A DNA stretch of 64,000 nucleotides from Lophium mytilinum (taxonomy: Eukaryota), in NCBI GenBank assembly GCA_010093605.1, contig MU004194.1, positions 1,092,323 through 1,156,322 of the forward strand, in the 5' to 3' direction. Positions 22,789-35,023 of this stretch are shown here, piece after piece. Position 1 is the stretch's first letter; each line of letters starts with the position of its first letter. The position numbers and the translations under genes were made by a program. The notes below the pieces were generated by a model that was not told the DNA's origin, did no database searches, and saw only the letters and a program-made list of their open reading frames with translations.

Positions 22789-23663
22789 GATGATGGCTAA
22801 ACTTAAGCGTAACTGTAGGGACAGAAATTGAGGGCAGGTTTCTTCTGCTTTTGAGGGGAGAGTGCTGCATTCCACGCTTACCTATGAAGTTTGGGATAGC
22901 AGAGTGGCTGAAGATGTGGCGAGGCAGCTTTCCCTCCTGGGCCCACGTCACCGCTCCTTTTCCCCCTACTTTCACCACGAGGCTGAGTTCAGGCACCTAA
23001 TAGGTAGGGCGGTCAGGCAGCGTAGAAGGCGCCTGGTCTTGATTTCTAGATGAGCCCACAAGCAGATCACGCCTGGCAAAAAATTGCTCACCCAGACTCT
23101 ATCTTTGCCGCCTAGACATCAGCGTTGTGAATTTCACGTCACGTCCTCCTATTTCGTACCATATTGAGCATTTCAGTCAATTTTAAAGAGTTGTGAATAT
23201 GGCCGCTTGTCACCCTCTTCTTGCTCTCTTCTTACCCTCTTCTAACCCTTTTCTAAGTACTCGCCACACGGCGTTGTCTCCAATACGTCTTGTCGGGATA
23301 AGTGGTGCTAATTGTGGCTTAATGGGGAATTTCAAAGTACTGCAGAGCACCTCTAGTTGTATAGGAAGGCGAAGTTCCACCGACAGCTTCTCGAAGAACA
23401 GCGAGGATACAGTGGCTGTCTTCGACTCGTTACTCCGCAGTAGGTAAGGTAGGTTTTCTGGCAGCCCTCGTTGTTTTGCCAATTGGTCTTCGGCACGAAT
23501 ATCACTATTGTTAGGGCCAGTTCGGTTGCCTCCTACGGTACAGTATCTCGGTAGCGTATAGAGTCGTATTTCCGCGTAGAACGCCAAGCTTGTAGAGTAT
23601 ATCCAGGGGGGGCTCCCGTGGTATATTACGGCTCAAAACGCCACAGCTTACAGCCTAGTTTAC

Positions 23664-23820
23664 ACGCCCTGTTCGGCCACCGTATTCTACGCGTGCGTGA
23701 GGCCGTATGCTCTAGTCACGTGACAGAATCATCGGGGCAGGCTAATATACGGGCTAGTGATAACTACGTTTTAGGAGCTACGCTTTAAAATACGCCTACC
23801 TACGGTTCCGAACAGGGCGT
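23664..23820. mobile_element. MITE-like non-autonomous DNA transposon (about 157 bp)
   Basis: Left end ACGCCCTGTTCGGCCACCGTA versus reverse complement of the right end ACGCCCTGTTCGGAACCGTA (13 bp perfect, about 20 bp imperfect). No coding capacity; TA at the right boundary. Confidence 0.7.
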
Positions 23821-24182
23821 AGAAAGTAAGCGTAGGTGGATTATTAAGCAACATACTCACCGAGATACTACACCGTAGGACGCACCCGAGCTGGCCCTTA
23901 AGAGAGCACTATGAAATTCAGCAAAACCTGGTTTGGAGGGTTTTCTGACTGAATTATATTCCGAAGCTTTTCGTTTTTAAAATAAAGTCCTCCTCCAGAG
24001 ACTTCTTCGTTCTTTGCAAGGGGAAGATACTGAGACACGAGAGCTTTGTGATAAGGAAGGGAAAGGAAGTCAAGTGCAGTGATGTGCTAGCCCTTTCATG
24101 CTTCGCACAAGGTAATTCCCATCGCCTCGTATCTCTGCTCTCGTACTTCGCCAGCCACTCCTTCTCATGCTCTCCATCTCTC

Positions 24183-25788
24183 TTATCCATGGGTCACAGA
24201 CTTGACCTTGACCCACAGCGGCCCTTTCTGCCACAATATGAACACCTTCTGGCCCTCCATCCACTCACCACACCGCTCCTCATCCAGCTCCATATCGAAG
24301 TTCCAGCACACCTTCGCCAGGATAAGCCGCATCTCAGCGTACGCGAGGTTCTTCCCAATACAGTTCCGCGCGCCGAAGCTAAACGGCTGTCGTGCGTCCC
24401 TGTCGTCGCCCTCGAACTCCGCGGCCCCAAGCCATCGCTCCGGCAGGAACTCCCCCGGCCTGGTGAAATTACTAGGCAGATAGTTCGTGGGATACTGCGG
24501 CACCCCCACCGACGTGCCCCCTGGCACCCATGACCCGCAGATCTCGACGCCTTGGGGTGGCACGACGCGGTTTCCGCTGTCGGGCACGGGCGGGTACAGC
24601 CGCATTGCCTCATCCAGCACCGCACCCATGTAGCGCAATGTATCGACGCTGTGGAGGGTGATGTCGCTGTCTTGTTTGAATGAGGTGCGGACTTCGGTGG
24701 TCAACTTTTCGAGCACAGCCGGGTGCTTTAGGAGTAAGAACACGGCTCCAGTGAGTAAGGTGGCGGAGGTCTCGGAACCGCCGAGCACGAGGATAGAAGC
24801 GTTGTTTACCATTTCGGGGACGGTCATACCGGTAGTCGGAGAGGAAGAGGATTTGGAATCAGAGGAGAGGTTTGAGCGGGCGAGGACGTTGTCCATGAAG
24901 TCGCCTCTGGCATCGCCCTTCGGAATTCTGCGCTGGATCTTCGCATACGAGTTCTCCCAATTTGCTCGAACCTAGCCACAGACATCGTCAGCACAACATC
25001 ACTATCACCCCCCTCCTGAGCTTACATACCGCAGCCTTCAGCTTCCCCGGCAACAGCTTCACCAGCCCCCCAAGCCCATACCGACTCAGCGTCCGCATGA
25101 TCGGCACAAACTTCACATTCCCAAACACGGCATCCACCCACTCATTATGCCGCCTGAGCTCCAAACACCCAAAGCTCTCCCCAAACGCCAGATCGCCAAT
25201 CAGATCAAACGTCGTCCAATTAAACCACTGCCGCAAATCCTGCCACACCCCCTTCTCCGCCCCTTCCTCCCTCAGCCCTTTGATCAGCAAATCCACATAC
25301 CCCTCCACCCGCCCCGCCACCCCGCGCATCCCCTTCTCGCTGAACCCCGGCGCCAGCAGGCGCCGGAAGCGGTCGTGGTTCTCCTTCTCCGCGACGAGGA
25401 TCGAGTACGGCCCGTGCATCGGCTTGCCGTACTGGCGCGTGTCTTTGGGCAGCTCGCTGAAGCCGTGCGTCGGGAGGCTGTAGTGCCCGTAGATGGCTTT
25501 CCAGGCGGGCGCCGTGGCGTACGAGAGCTGGTCGGGGGCCAGGCGCACCACGGGGCCATAGCGGAGGTGGAGGGCGAGGACGTCGGTGTGCGGCGTGCCG
25601 CGCAGGACGGAGAGGGTTTCGGGGAGGCGGTAGGCGCGGCGGAGTAGTGGGCCTGGGTAGGAGCGGAGGGGGTGGAGGGTGAGGTTGTAGAGGCCATAGA
25701 GAAGGACTGTGGTGAAATAGATGACGAGAAGGGAGATAAGGGCGGTTTCTGGGGTTAGTGCCGAGGAATTGAGGGCAAAGACGGCCAT
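24183..25788 (-). CDS. Cytochrome P450, CYP65-like (Tri11/AvnA type), 2 exons
   Basis: LHPLRSYPGP, RYGPVVRLAPDQLSY, TTFDLIGDLAFGESFGCL, GGSETSAT, EAMR, PERW and PFSFGARNCIGKNLA. Phase-0 intron 25029-24972. Confidence 0.95.
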
Positions 25789-26854
25789 TTTGTGATGTTT
25801 GATAGATTGGGCGGGGTTGAAGCGGTTTGGACCGGATTGGAGTGGTTCGGACAAGTTTGAGAAGAGAGGGTCAACTCGGACTAAAGTGGAGCGGAGTAGA
25901 CTCTCTTTAAATACCAACAATCATGAAAGACGTAGGAGAGTGAGTTGATATCTTAGCCTTACTCGAAAGGTATATTCGCTGACACCACGGCAGTGACTGA
26001 GCGAAGTAATCACAGCTCAGCTCCTCACGCTGTCGCTCCCTTGACGACAGTTAAAGTGGCGTACACCCGTAGCTTCTAGCTATAAGAGGTACACGCAGTA
26101 CAAACCTAACCTATGGTATGTTGGCGTAGTGGAATGTCTTATGCATGTAGGATCTTAGCGCTTATTCTATGTGCCTCGGTAGGACGCGAGGGATGGATTT
26201 CCTGGGTGCATGTGCGTATAGCGTATTCTGTCTTAGGTTGAGCTTTTATGGTTGCACAAAATAAGTGACTTGAGGACCGTGACGAAGGTACATACAAAAG
26301 CGCGTTTGAGTTTGGTATCTCGGTTTAGGTGCTCATAATCACTAAGTGTGACAAGAGGACGGAATCGTTTGGCAGGATAGAGTTGCGATGTACTGCCTTC
26401 CCAATCGAACGGGCTCGATGACTAGGGCGTGCCGGGGTGCGAGTCAAACATGGAGCTTTCGAATCTTTGTAACAACGCTCACCATCTTGGTATTGCTGTG
26501 TAAGGTCATGTACACGGCTTACCGAAGGATTTACTAAGTATTACAGGTGTTTTGGACTTCAGATCCAAACGAGAAAGAGCGGTGTGACCTTGTTAGAATA
26601 ATTATAATCGCTGAGCTCCGTCGATCCTCTCATTAAAGCACCCTAGACTCCTAAGCAGTAAGCTTCAGTGACACGTTCTGTCTAAGATCTAATCAAGCAA
26701 ATAGATATTTAACATAATTAGATCTACTCTTCAACGCTTTTGATAAGGTCTGACCAACGCAGGACTCGAAGGACTACCCACGGGATTTTATCCAGGGGCT
26801 TTCAACCACTGGTCTGTCTCTGCACTCCATGCGAGCACAATTCCGGTGCTCAAC

Positions 26855-28127
26855 TTACAGGACTCGTAACAAGAGGATGGAGTTGACGACGTGATTCCAA
26901 GGGTGAATCTCGACCACCAGCTCCAGCATCCCTGTTTCTAGCAACGTCTCTGGAGCCACGACCTAGGCTTCATCCTCAGCAGTGTAGCAGCAAACGTTTT
27001 GAATGGATAAACGTACCGGATAAAGTAACGCTCTTAGCGAATGCGCACTCCTCACACAAAGCAGCGCCCCTTTACGCATCCGTCTTGCTACTCCACTCAA
27101 TATCACCGCCTTCTCATCCGCAGACATCCCTACCAACGCAGCCACGGAGACGACGTCGAACTCCCATAAGCTGGCGCAATCAGCCGCATCTTCATGCGCA
27201 AACGTCATGTTCGGGTACCCATGCCTCTTCGCCAACTCTTTCGACAGCGCAATGGCATCTGCATCTCTATCGACGTTGTGTATCCTGGCGTGCAGAAAGC
27301 GATCGGCCACGCAGAACGACGTTAGAGGCAGTGGTCCCGAACCGATGAAAGCGATTTGTTTTGGTGTATGACTCGTCACAGCGATAATAGCGTTGCATTC
27401 CAGATTGCACAGATCGACTATTGTGGCAGTACACATATTAGCTGGCTTTCTGCAAAACGGGGGGTTCGAGACAGATGCTAAATCCTCTGGTGTCACTTTT
27501 ATGTGCGTGTTATTCATTTCGATTTTGGGTAGTAGTTCAAAGCAACTGAAATGGGTGCTCAATCACGACTCGGGCCGTGACTCAAAACACTTCCGGGGCC
27601 CATGACACCAGAGGACTCTAGTATGTGTACTCGGACCTTACGTACCATAGTTGGAGTAGTAAGGAAAGGAGCGAAGTGGCTCAGGCTCTAGAACGTAGGG
27701 AGGTAAGTACATATACAGACACTGGCACACTTCTTCGTCGACAGCCCGCCGGTTGGCGTTGGCTATAGGGGTCTGGCAAACCTAGTTTCTCGTCGAATCG
27801 TAGCATTCGCTTGGCCCAGTGCCGCTCTAGGGCACCCTCAGCGGAGGAGCAGAGCTCACGGATGTGTGCAGCTTTGGTTTTGAGGGAGGAAAGTACGTTG
27901 GAGACGACAGTAGGGTGGTAAGGCCGGATGCAAATGGAGACGAGCTCGCTGAATAGAGTATTGACTTCATCTCGGGGATTGAGGTCTCGGAGAAGGGAAA
28001 TATTGTGGTAGATAGTGCTGATTGCAGTTGTAATTGCGGCAGCATCTTCGGCATGGCTATTGTCCTTGAGGCCTGGCATTGTGCTGCGTAGTGGAGTGAA
28101 TCGAAAAGAGGGACACGCCGATGCCAT
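26855..28127 (-). CDS. NAS: Nicotianamine synthase (4 exons, about 298 aa)
   Basis: Exons 28127-27782, 27687-27646, 27417-27017 and 26962-26855 join in frame. Motifs: VNTLFSELVSIC, LCSSAEGALERHW, FPYYSNYVDLCNLE, IAFIGSGPLPLTS, FDVVSVAALVG, RSAHSLRALLYP and HPWNHVVNSI. Confidence 0.92.
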
Positions 28128-28197
28128 AATTCGAAATAGAAAAAAGTAACAACACAGAGACAGGTTCTACGGCTGTAAGACCCACTTGGGTAAGTTT

Positions 28198-28212
28198 GAG
28201 CACCTTGATATC
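28198..28212 (-). promoter_or_regulatory. Putative ZafA/Zap1-type zinc-response element
   Basis: GATATCAAGGTGCTC on the minus strand, about 70 bp upstream of the NAS ATG. It has a CAAGGT core and one mismatch to the Aspergillus DYYVYCARGGTVYYY consensus as I recall it. Confidence 0.45.
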
Positions 28213-29209
28213 ACAGCGGCCACGTGATTGTTGATCTTTTGGGGGCGAAGGATTTCTCAGCAAGCCGTTTGTAGCTGAGGAAAGTGAGGGTGTAAAGGAA
28301 GTTAATCTCTAGGACTTGACGTAATGAAATAGGGTGTTGCTATTTCCATTGCAGGAAAGAACGATGGTAGCCGCTACGTGCGGTCCGCACAACGCTGCAG
28401 GCCGAAGTTTACCTAGGTAGAGTCCGAAGACGTAGGGCCGAGTATAAAATCACCAAGACGGCATACGCCAGGTGGTACAGATCCGAGCAGCCGTTTGCGA
28501 GGTATGCTGACTGAATCTAGCTACCTATACGCATAAAACGGATTGTTTGATGATTTGCTGCTGGAGCTGTACAATTCGATACTTGGGGGCCTTTCGCGAC
28601 CTTTTGAGAGATATGAGCGGACATTGTTGACGGGCTGGGGCTTTTGAGTGATGACCTAATGAAATTGATGTGAGCCTGTTAGACAGAGCAGCTGAGCGTT
28701 GAGGCTATTATACATAAAGTGATCCACGTGACCATATCTCAACAAATTGTGTAGGAAATGAGCTAGAGTTATGGGGCTTGCACGCTCTGACCTTTATGTC
28801 GAAGTAAAGTCCATGCAAAATAGGACGTTGCTCTACTTGACCCACATCGCCGTAGTCAGGTGACTTGGATCCAATCCGCCAGTACAAAGTTAGTGTCCAA
28901 CCTCACATGCCGCCGGTATGAGCTCTGTGACTTAGAGAAATACCCATCAATCACGCAGGCATACCCTTAATCAAGTCTCACTCATGCTTCAAAAGTATAC
29001 GAATATCAAGAGGATGTGAAATTTTAATAACTCTAGCTCTGCTGCTCCCTTCATGGAGGCGTCCACGGAATATACTACGGGCACACGAAATAGCTACACC
29101 CATCCAGGCCATGCGTAGTCAGAAAAGAACGCCAAAAGTATGCCGCCCTATGCCGATATTCTTGAAAGTAAAAGAAAAAGAACAGACGCGCACACTACAA
29201 AGCACATCG

Positions 29210-32200
29210 TTATCGCCTTGGCAACGCCGACTCCGCCGCTCTCGAAGCCGCATCCCTGATACTTCCCACCGCTGACGAAGCTGGTGTCTGCGCACCTCCG
29301 TTCATGAGTTGTGGCGCAGGCGTAGGAGCACGGCTGGGTGCTGCACTAGGAGCCTGGCTACGGTTGTGCTGCATGTGAGCGCGGACTAAGTGACCGGCGC
29401 AGAGAGCGGCGTTAAGAGACAATTCGCCAGCGAGGACAGCAGCAGCGATGACGCGGGCGAGGAGGCGAGCGTTGTCGCCCGGATTCGTGGGGTGAGCGCC
29501 GCGGACGCCGAGGAGGTCGAGCATAGCGGATTGGGGTTCGAGAATCGTGCCGCCGCCGAGGGTGCCGACTTCGATACAGGGCATGGAGACGGATATTTGG
29601 AGGTTGCCTTTGAGACTGTTGTACGTTAGCATATGTGACAAGGATGTGTACACGGAACGACTTACTTCTTCATGATGGTGATGCAGCTAGCGCTCTCTAC
29701 AACCTGAGCCGGGTCTTGGCCAGTTGCAAGGAACATAGCAGCCACGATGTTTGCGGCGTGTGCGTTGAACCCTCCAAGACTCCCAGCCATAGCGCTACCA
29801 ATAAGATTCTTGCTGATATTCATTTCGACGAGCTCGTCGACGCCGCACTTCAACACACTCTTGACAATGTGACCAGGGATTATAGCTTCAGCGACTACGC
29901 CTTTGCCACGGCCATCAATCCAATTGATCGCTGCCGCCTTTTTGTCAGTGCAGTAGTTTCCGGAAACTGTGATGATGTTCATGTCTTCGAAGCCCTCGTT
30001 AGCCATGACGCCCAATGCATGTTCGACACCCTTCGAGATCATGTTCATGCCCATGGCATCGCCGGTCGTCGTCTTGAATCGAATGTAGAGGTTGTTACCA
30101 GCGAGAGCAGTCTTCATAGTTTGAAGTCGAGCAAAACGACTGGTCGAGTTGAAAGCGTTCTTCATCACGCGTTGCCCCTCTTCGGAATCCAACCAGATCT
30201 TGGCGGCACCAGCTCGAGCTAAAGTCTCGAAACCAACACAAGGTCCGCGGGTCATACCATCGCCCGTAATCACAGTGACGGCTCCGCCACCAGCGTTGAT
30301 GGCCTTGGCGCCTCTGCTCGTACTCGCGACCAAAACACCTTCGGTTGTAGCCATGGGTATGAAGTAATTCTGTCCGTCAACCATCATTGGTCCGGCGACA
30401 CCGACAGGAAGGGGTAGATAGCCAATAACATTCTCGCAGCAAGCTCCGTGAACAAGGTCGTAGTTGTAGTTCTCGTAGGGTAGTTTGGAACTTTCGAGGA
30501 GCGTCGAGGTCTCCCTAGTGGCATTCGTCCGAGACACGACAGCGCGCCGGATTTTAACAGCTCTTGTTTTATCGCCAAGCGTCTTTTCCAGTGCATATCC
30601 TGGAATCTTGCCCTTGATAGACAGCTCCACCAATTCGGCATCCGTGATGAGATGTACCTTCTTCTCTTTAAGGAGAGCCTCGGTGACTTCCATCGGGCGC
30701 TTGTTCTGCTGTTCCTTTTCACTGAAGGGGCTAGGCTCGGGTCTGGGCTGGAGCACAGGCACTGGTATTGGCTCCGGACGGACTATTTTCGTCGAAGGCG
30801 CGGCTTCTGGAGAGAAGTACCCATTTTGTGGTGTCTGGGACCGTGGTGAAGACCTTGGGGAGGCCAGGGAAGTAGAAACGTTAGGCGGAGCACCTTCTTG
30901 TATCTCTTCTGCCTTCGGTGGGTCCAGAGGAGTGTGGGGGCCTTTGATGGTCCAACGAGCCGCATTGAAGAGGTAACCGTTGAGCACCAAGCTCATGGCC
31001 AGTGCCGCAATAATCCATTTGCTAAGAACTGGATCCTCCAAGCTTTTCAGCACACCATCGACAACACGACCGCCCATGGTCGTAGAGAGATGGTCTTGGT
31101 TCCCACTACCAAACTCTCCTGGAAAGGCGTAATGTACGGAGGGAAATTCCAATTCGTATTTGATTGGTGCTACAACGGTGACAGATGTGGAGACTCCGCT
31201 GGCCTGCGCAGAGATAAAAATAGAGTCGAGACCGCTTCCAGCAACTTTGAATGGGTCCATCGGCGGTGGTGCAACGACACTGGAGAATCTCGACATCTTG
31301 GCAGCAGCCGGATGTCTACTCGCGCGAAACGGCAGGGTGCAGACGTTGAGAACGTTGACGATAATGAATCCAGTGACCATCAACACCTTGAATTTCGGAA
31401 TGCTGTTGTCGCGCACTCTCCTTCCGAAGACTGTGTGTTCGCCCGACTGGTTCACCGATCCAGATTCATTTCGAGGCCAGTCGTTACTAGCTGCAACGCT
31501 CTCGGCGACAGATCGGTTGACACCATCGTCTTCAAGAGCCCTCCTGAGATTAACGTGACGCTTGATGCGGTTGATCTCTAACTTGATGCTGAGGATGGAT
31601 GTGAAGAATGTAAAGAGTAGAACACCGTCGAAAAGGAGGATCCAGGCGGCGAGGAAGCAGAATTGTCGTAGTCCACCTTGCACGCCTGATAGGGAGCCAG
31701 CGACAAGGATGAGAATCTCAATGCAGTAATCCCTTACTATTTCAAAGCCATGCTCCTTGACAGCAGCTTGAACAGCGTTTTGAATGGTAATAGGCTCATT
31801 ATTACCGCCTTCCTTATTTTGGCTGCGCCGCGCATCAATCGACGCAGAGAGAACAGCCTTGGTGAGAATGATGGGTTTCTCAAAACCAATAGTGACGACT
31901 AAGAAGGGTAGTCCCTCGGATAGAAGGACCATGTTGATTGGGACGCCAAGACCAAGGGTCACGAGGAGGGCGAAGAGGAACGCAAAAGCGGATTGGAACA
32001 GAACGGTCGTAGCAAGCCAGAAATTCGACCCAAGACGTCTCATGGAGAGGAAGAGGGAGACAAAGGTTAGGTGCATGGACAAGTAGCCCATGACCATAAT
32101 TACGATGTCCAGTGTCTCCGCGTTCTAGGTAGCGATTAGCATATTTCTATGGTTGGCGTTTGATGCATCCAAACCTTCAACAAATCCACGAACGAAGTCC

Positions 32201-32960
32201 ATGAGTCTCGTGTCCAGTTGCGAAGGCCTCCTGAGCCGGAACTGCTCCTTGCAGCCTTCATAATCCACTTTTTGGCTTCCACAGTGGCCTCGTGATCCGA
32301 GTCATCAGATTCGGCACTAGCCTCAGCAGGGGGGATTTCTTGCATAGCCGCTAGGAATTGAGGGGCCTCTGATAGCGCTATTGAAAAGGCCAGCGAAGTG
32401 TCAGGGGAGATGTTGGAGAAGGAGCTCGACGAGCTTGGGAGGAGTTTAGCAGAGGAGTTATCTGGAATAACGCTCTGGCCTAGGGGAGCGGTATGAGCAG
32501 AATTGAAAGCGGGGAGATCTGGGAATACGAGGGTGAGAAGTGCGAGCTCGCGAGTAGTCTGCGGGGTTCGTATTAGCTAAGGTCTGATCGTGGTGTTGAA
32601 ACCACCCACCTTCTCGAGCTTCGATGTGCTGCTTGTCTCCTCAACCTGCCACTGCCAGTCGGTGTCTTCTCCCACACGCAGCCTCTTGCTGCCCACCATC
32701 AGCGTATTAAAGTCGACCTTGCCGCTGGTCGAGCTAATGGCGGGGCTGCGGTCGAAAAGGCCTTGGTCCAAAACTCCGATGTAGGTGGTACTTGCAAGGA
32801 GGGCAAAAAAAACAATTGTATGTATAGGATGAGTGCAGGCGCGCTTTGAAATGGACAATAACACTGGAGACACATAGCGGTCATACCAACCGGGTCTCGT
32901 CGTCTTCTGATCTGTGTCACCACCCCGCCATCGGGAGGGTATAAAGGAGGCGCCCAACAT
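29210..32960 (-). CDS. HMG1: HMG-CoA reductase, full length with sterol-sensing domain (4 exons)
   Basis: HPIHTIV N-terminal motif, [51 protein letters not shown] and [11 protein letters not shown]. Confidence 0.97.
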
Positions 32961-34178
32961 GGTGTTTAGCTCTCCAGCGTGTGTGGTGTACAATGGAGGT
33001 GGAGGTGGTTCCGGCGAAGTTCAGGATGGAGATAAAACGGTCACGCCAGATTCCGGAGGTCTGTCGAGCGAGGTATTTACAGGACCCGGGTTTGTGGAAG
33101 GAGTGGACGGGGCCGAGTGGAGGGTGCAGGTGCGGATGTCCGTATTACTGAAGTCCGGCGAATCGGAGGGCGCACCACGAGCAGAGGCACGACGACTTCG
33201 CTGGAGTAGCAATCTGGAGGAGGAGGGCGAGGAGGAGGTTGTGGGAGATGCCCAGGCGCAGGCGGCGGTGGAGGGCGAGGAGGTGCTTTCTAGGGCTGCT
33301 CAGATGAGATAGTTGCCGACCAGACTTCAGTGACATCCACCCAGTGCAGGGACCGTGCATCTCCAATGGTTTTTTGGGACCGGGGGCCGGGGTTACGTAT
33401 CAGTGCCAAGCGCCTCACCGCCCGCGCCTTTGTCTGCCCTGCGGTGGGGTTTGCTGGCTTGTATCAGACGACTATTATGTCTCAAAGACGTGGACCGCCT
33501 AATATTGTTCTCTTGCTGCTAATTGTCTCTTTGCTGCTTCGTGGCTAGCTGCTCTCGAGCACAGCAACATTATTCTCTCCGAGTTGACGACGAAGAGGGT
33601 CCACGACAGACCAATCAGCCTGCTGTGCCTATCCTAATAACGTCCCGCCTGCACGCCGCTAACGCCACCGCGGAGCAGAAAGTGGGAACCCAACGTTTGC
33701 GCTTCCAGGGCTTGTTGGGGGGCGGTTTCATCAAACACTACTGTCATAAAATCCAGAGTGGCAAAGGGGCCACATCAAGCAGCAAGACTTCAAGAATAAG
33801 TGGAAGTGTCATACAAAATAAGCTCGCGGGACGGCCTTGTGGCCTCGTCATGCCCTGCAAGGCACGGCCGAGTGAATATCCGGGGCTCCACGTGGCTGAG
33901 ATAAGCACATATCGATAGCGAGTGAATTGGAGGACGGCCCAAGTCCCTGAACCATCAGTTTCAAGACTACTTCTTCTGTATATTTGGTGACTGTTGCTGT
34001 GATTCGGGTTTGACAGGAATTCCTTCCGTTCGATTTCTAGAACTGTGAGTCTAATCTAAACCTTCAGGGTGAAATGCCTCTATTCCATGCGCCACACCCA
34101 AAGCTTGATCAATGCAAACCGTGGAATGCCTACTACCAATGTGGCGCAGGAGTCTCACAGTCAAGTAGCAGCCATAAT

Positions 34179-35023
34179 CTACGCCACCTTTGCAGACATC
34201 GGGATGTCCCCGTTCGTAATCTCCTTGAGAAAGGCTGCGTCAGCCCGATACAGCATGACATGGAAATGCTCGACAGCATGCACAGATTTCAGTGCTCTCC
34301 AGTTCGAGAACCAAATTAGCTGCAACGATGTTAAAACAGAGTTGAAACGAAGAGATAGCAAAGAGCGGGGTACGGACGTGATCTGGATTGATGCGTGCAG
34401 CAAATGTCTTCCGAACATAGTCATCTATTTCCTTCGCTATCTTTGGCGTGATTCGTCCCGTGACTGCATCTTCCTCGAGCTCAAATTTGGTCCATATAAC
34501 AAGGTGGGCTATGTCCTCGTCGATACCGTACGGCCAGTCGTTGTAGAGAATCTTGATATCCTCTGCAAGCAAACATTTTCGTCAGCCCTTGCTACACACA
34601 AACAACATCTGAACCGCACCTGGATACTCAAACGGTGCGCCCTTCGGCTTCAGCTCTTTCCATTGCAGCCGCTCGTTAACGATGAAATTCATGATCGATC
34701 CATACTCCTGGACGAGCCCGAACGTGAACTGCCTGTATCTGCGAAGGTCGGATGGCACACGGTGGAATCTATCAACCTGTCCACTCTCTAGCAATGGCGT
34801 TAGAAGATAGAGGAAATCCGGCCATGCGTGTATCTGAGCCTGTACCGACGATTCCCTTGACCTGGGGCCAAGCCAGGCGCGTGTAATCCGAGTCCGGTGA
34901 GCCGATGATGCGTCGGTCTTTGTCGCCCAGGTCGCGGAGAAAGTCAGGGCACTCCGTCGGCCACTGATCTTGTGGCACATTGACCAGCCAGAAGGGGAGC
35001 GCGGGGCTGGCACTCTCTGGCAT
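34179..35023 (-). CDS. DUF3605 / GIG1-like protein (4 exons)
   Basis: [36 protein letters not shown] and [21 protein letters not shown], with canonical introns between the ORF pieces. Confidence 0.8.

Noticed and set aside
23193..23587. Short ORFs next to the MITE as a transposase remnant
   Set aside because: No DDE or HTH motif was recognisable.
25250..25700. Very GC-rich segment of the CYP65 gene as evidence of horizontal transfer
   Set aside because: Similar GC3-rich patches occur in native genes here (permease, U2AF1), and the gene has a normal fungal intron.
26395..26445. tRNA-like GTTCGA T-loop on the minus strand
   Set aside because: No acceptor, D or anticodon stems can be formed.
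29210..32960. HMG-CoA reductase as a self-resistance gene of a statin or terpene cluster with the P450s
   Set aside because: It is the full-length, membrane-anchored housekeeping form, and no PKS or terpene synthase lies in the window.
34069..34791. 240-aa plus-strand ORF
   Set aside because: It is antisense to the spliced DUF3605 gene, starts at a non-ATG codon and has no motifs.
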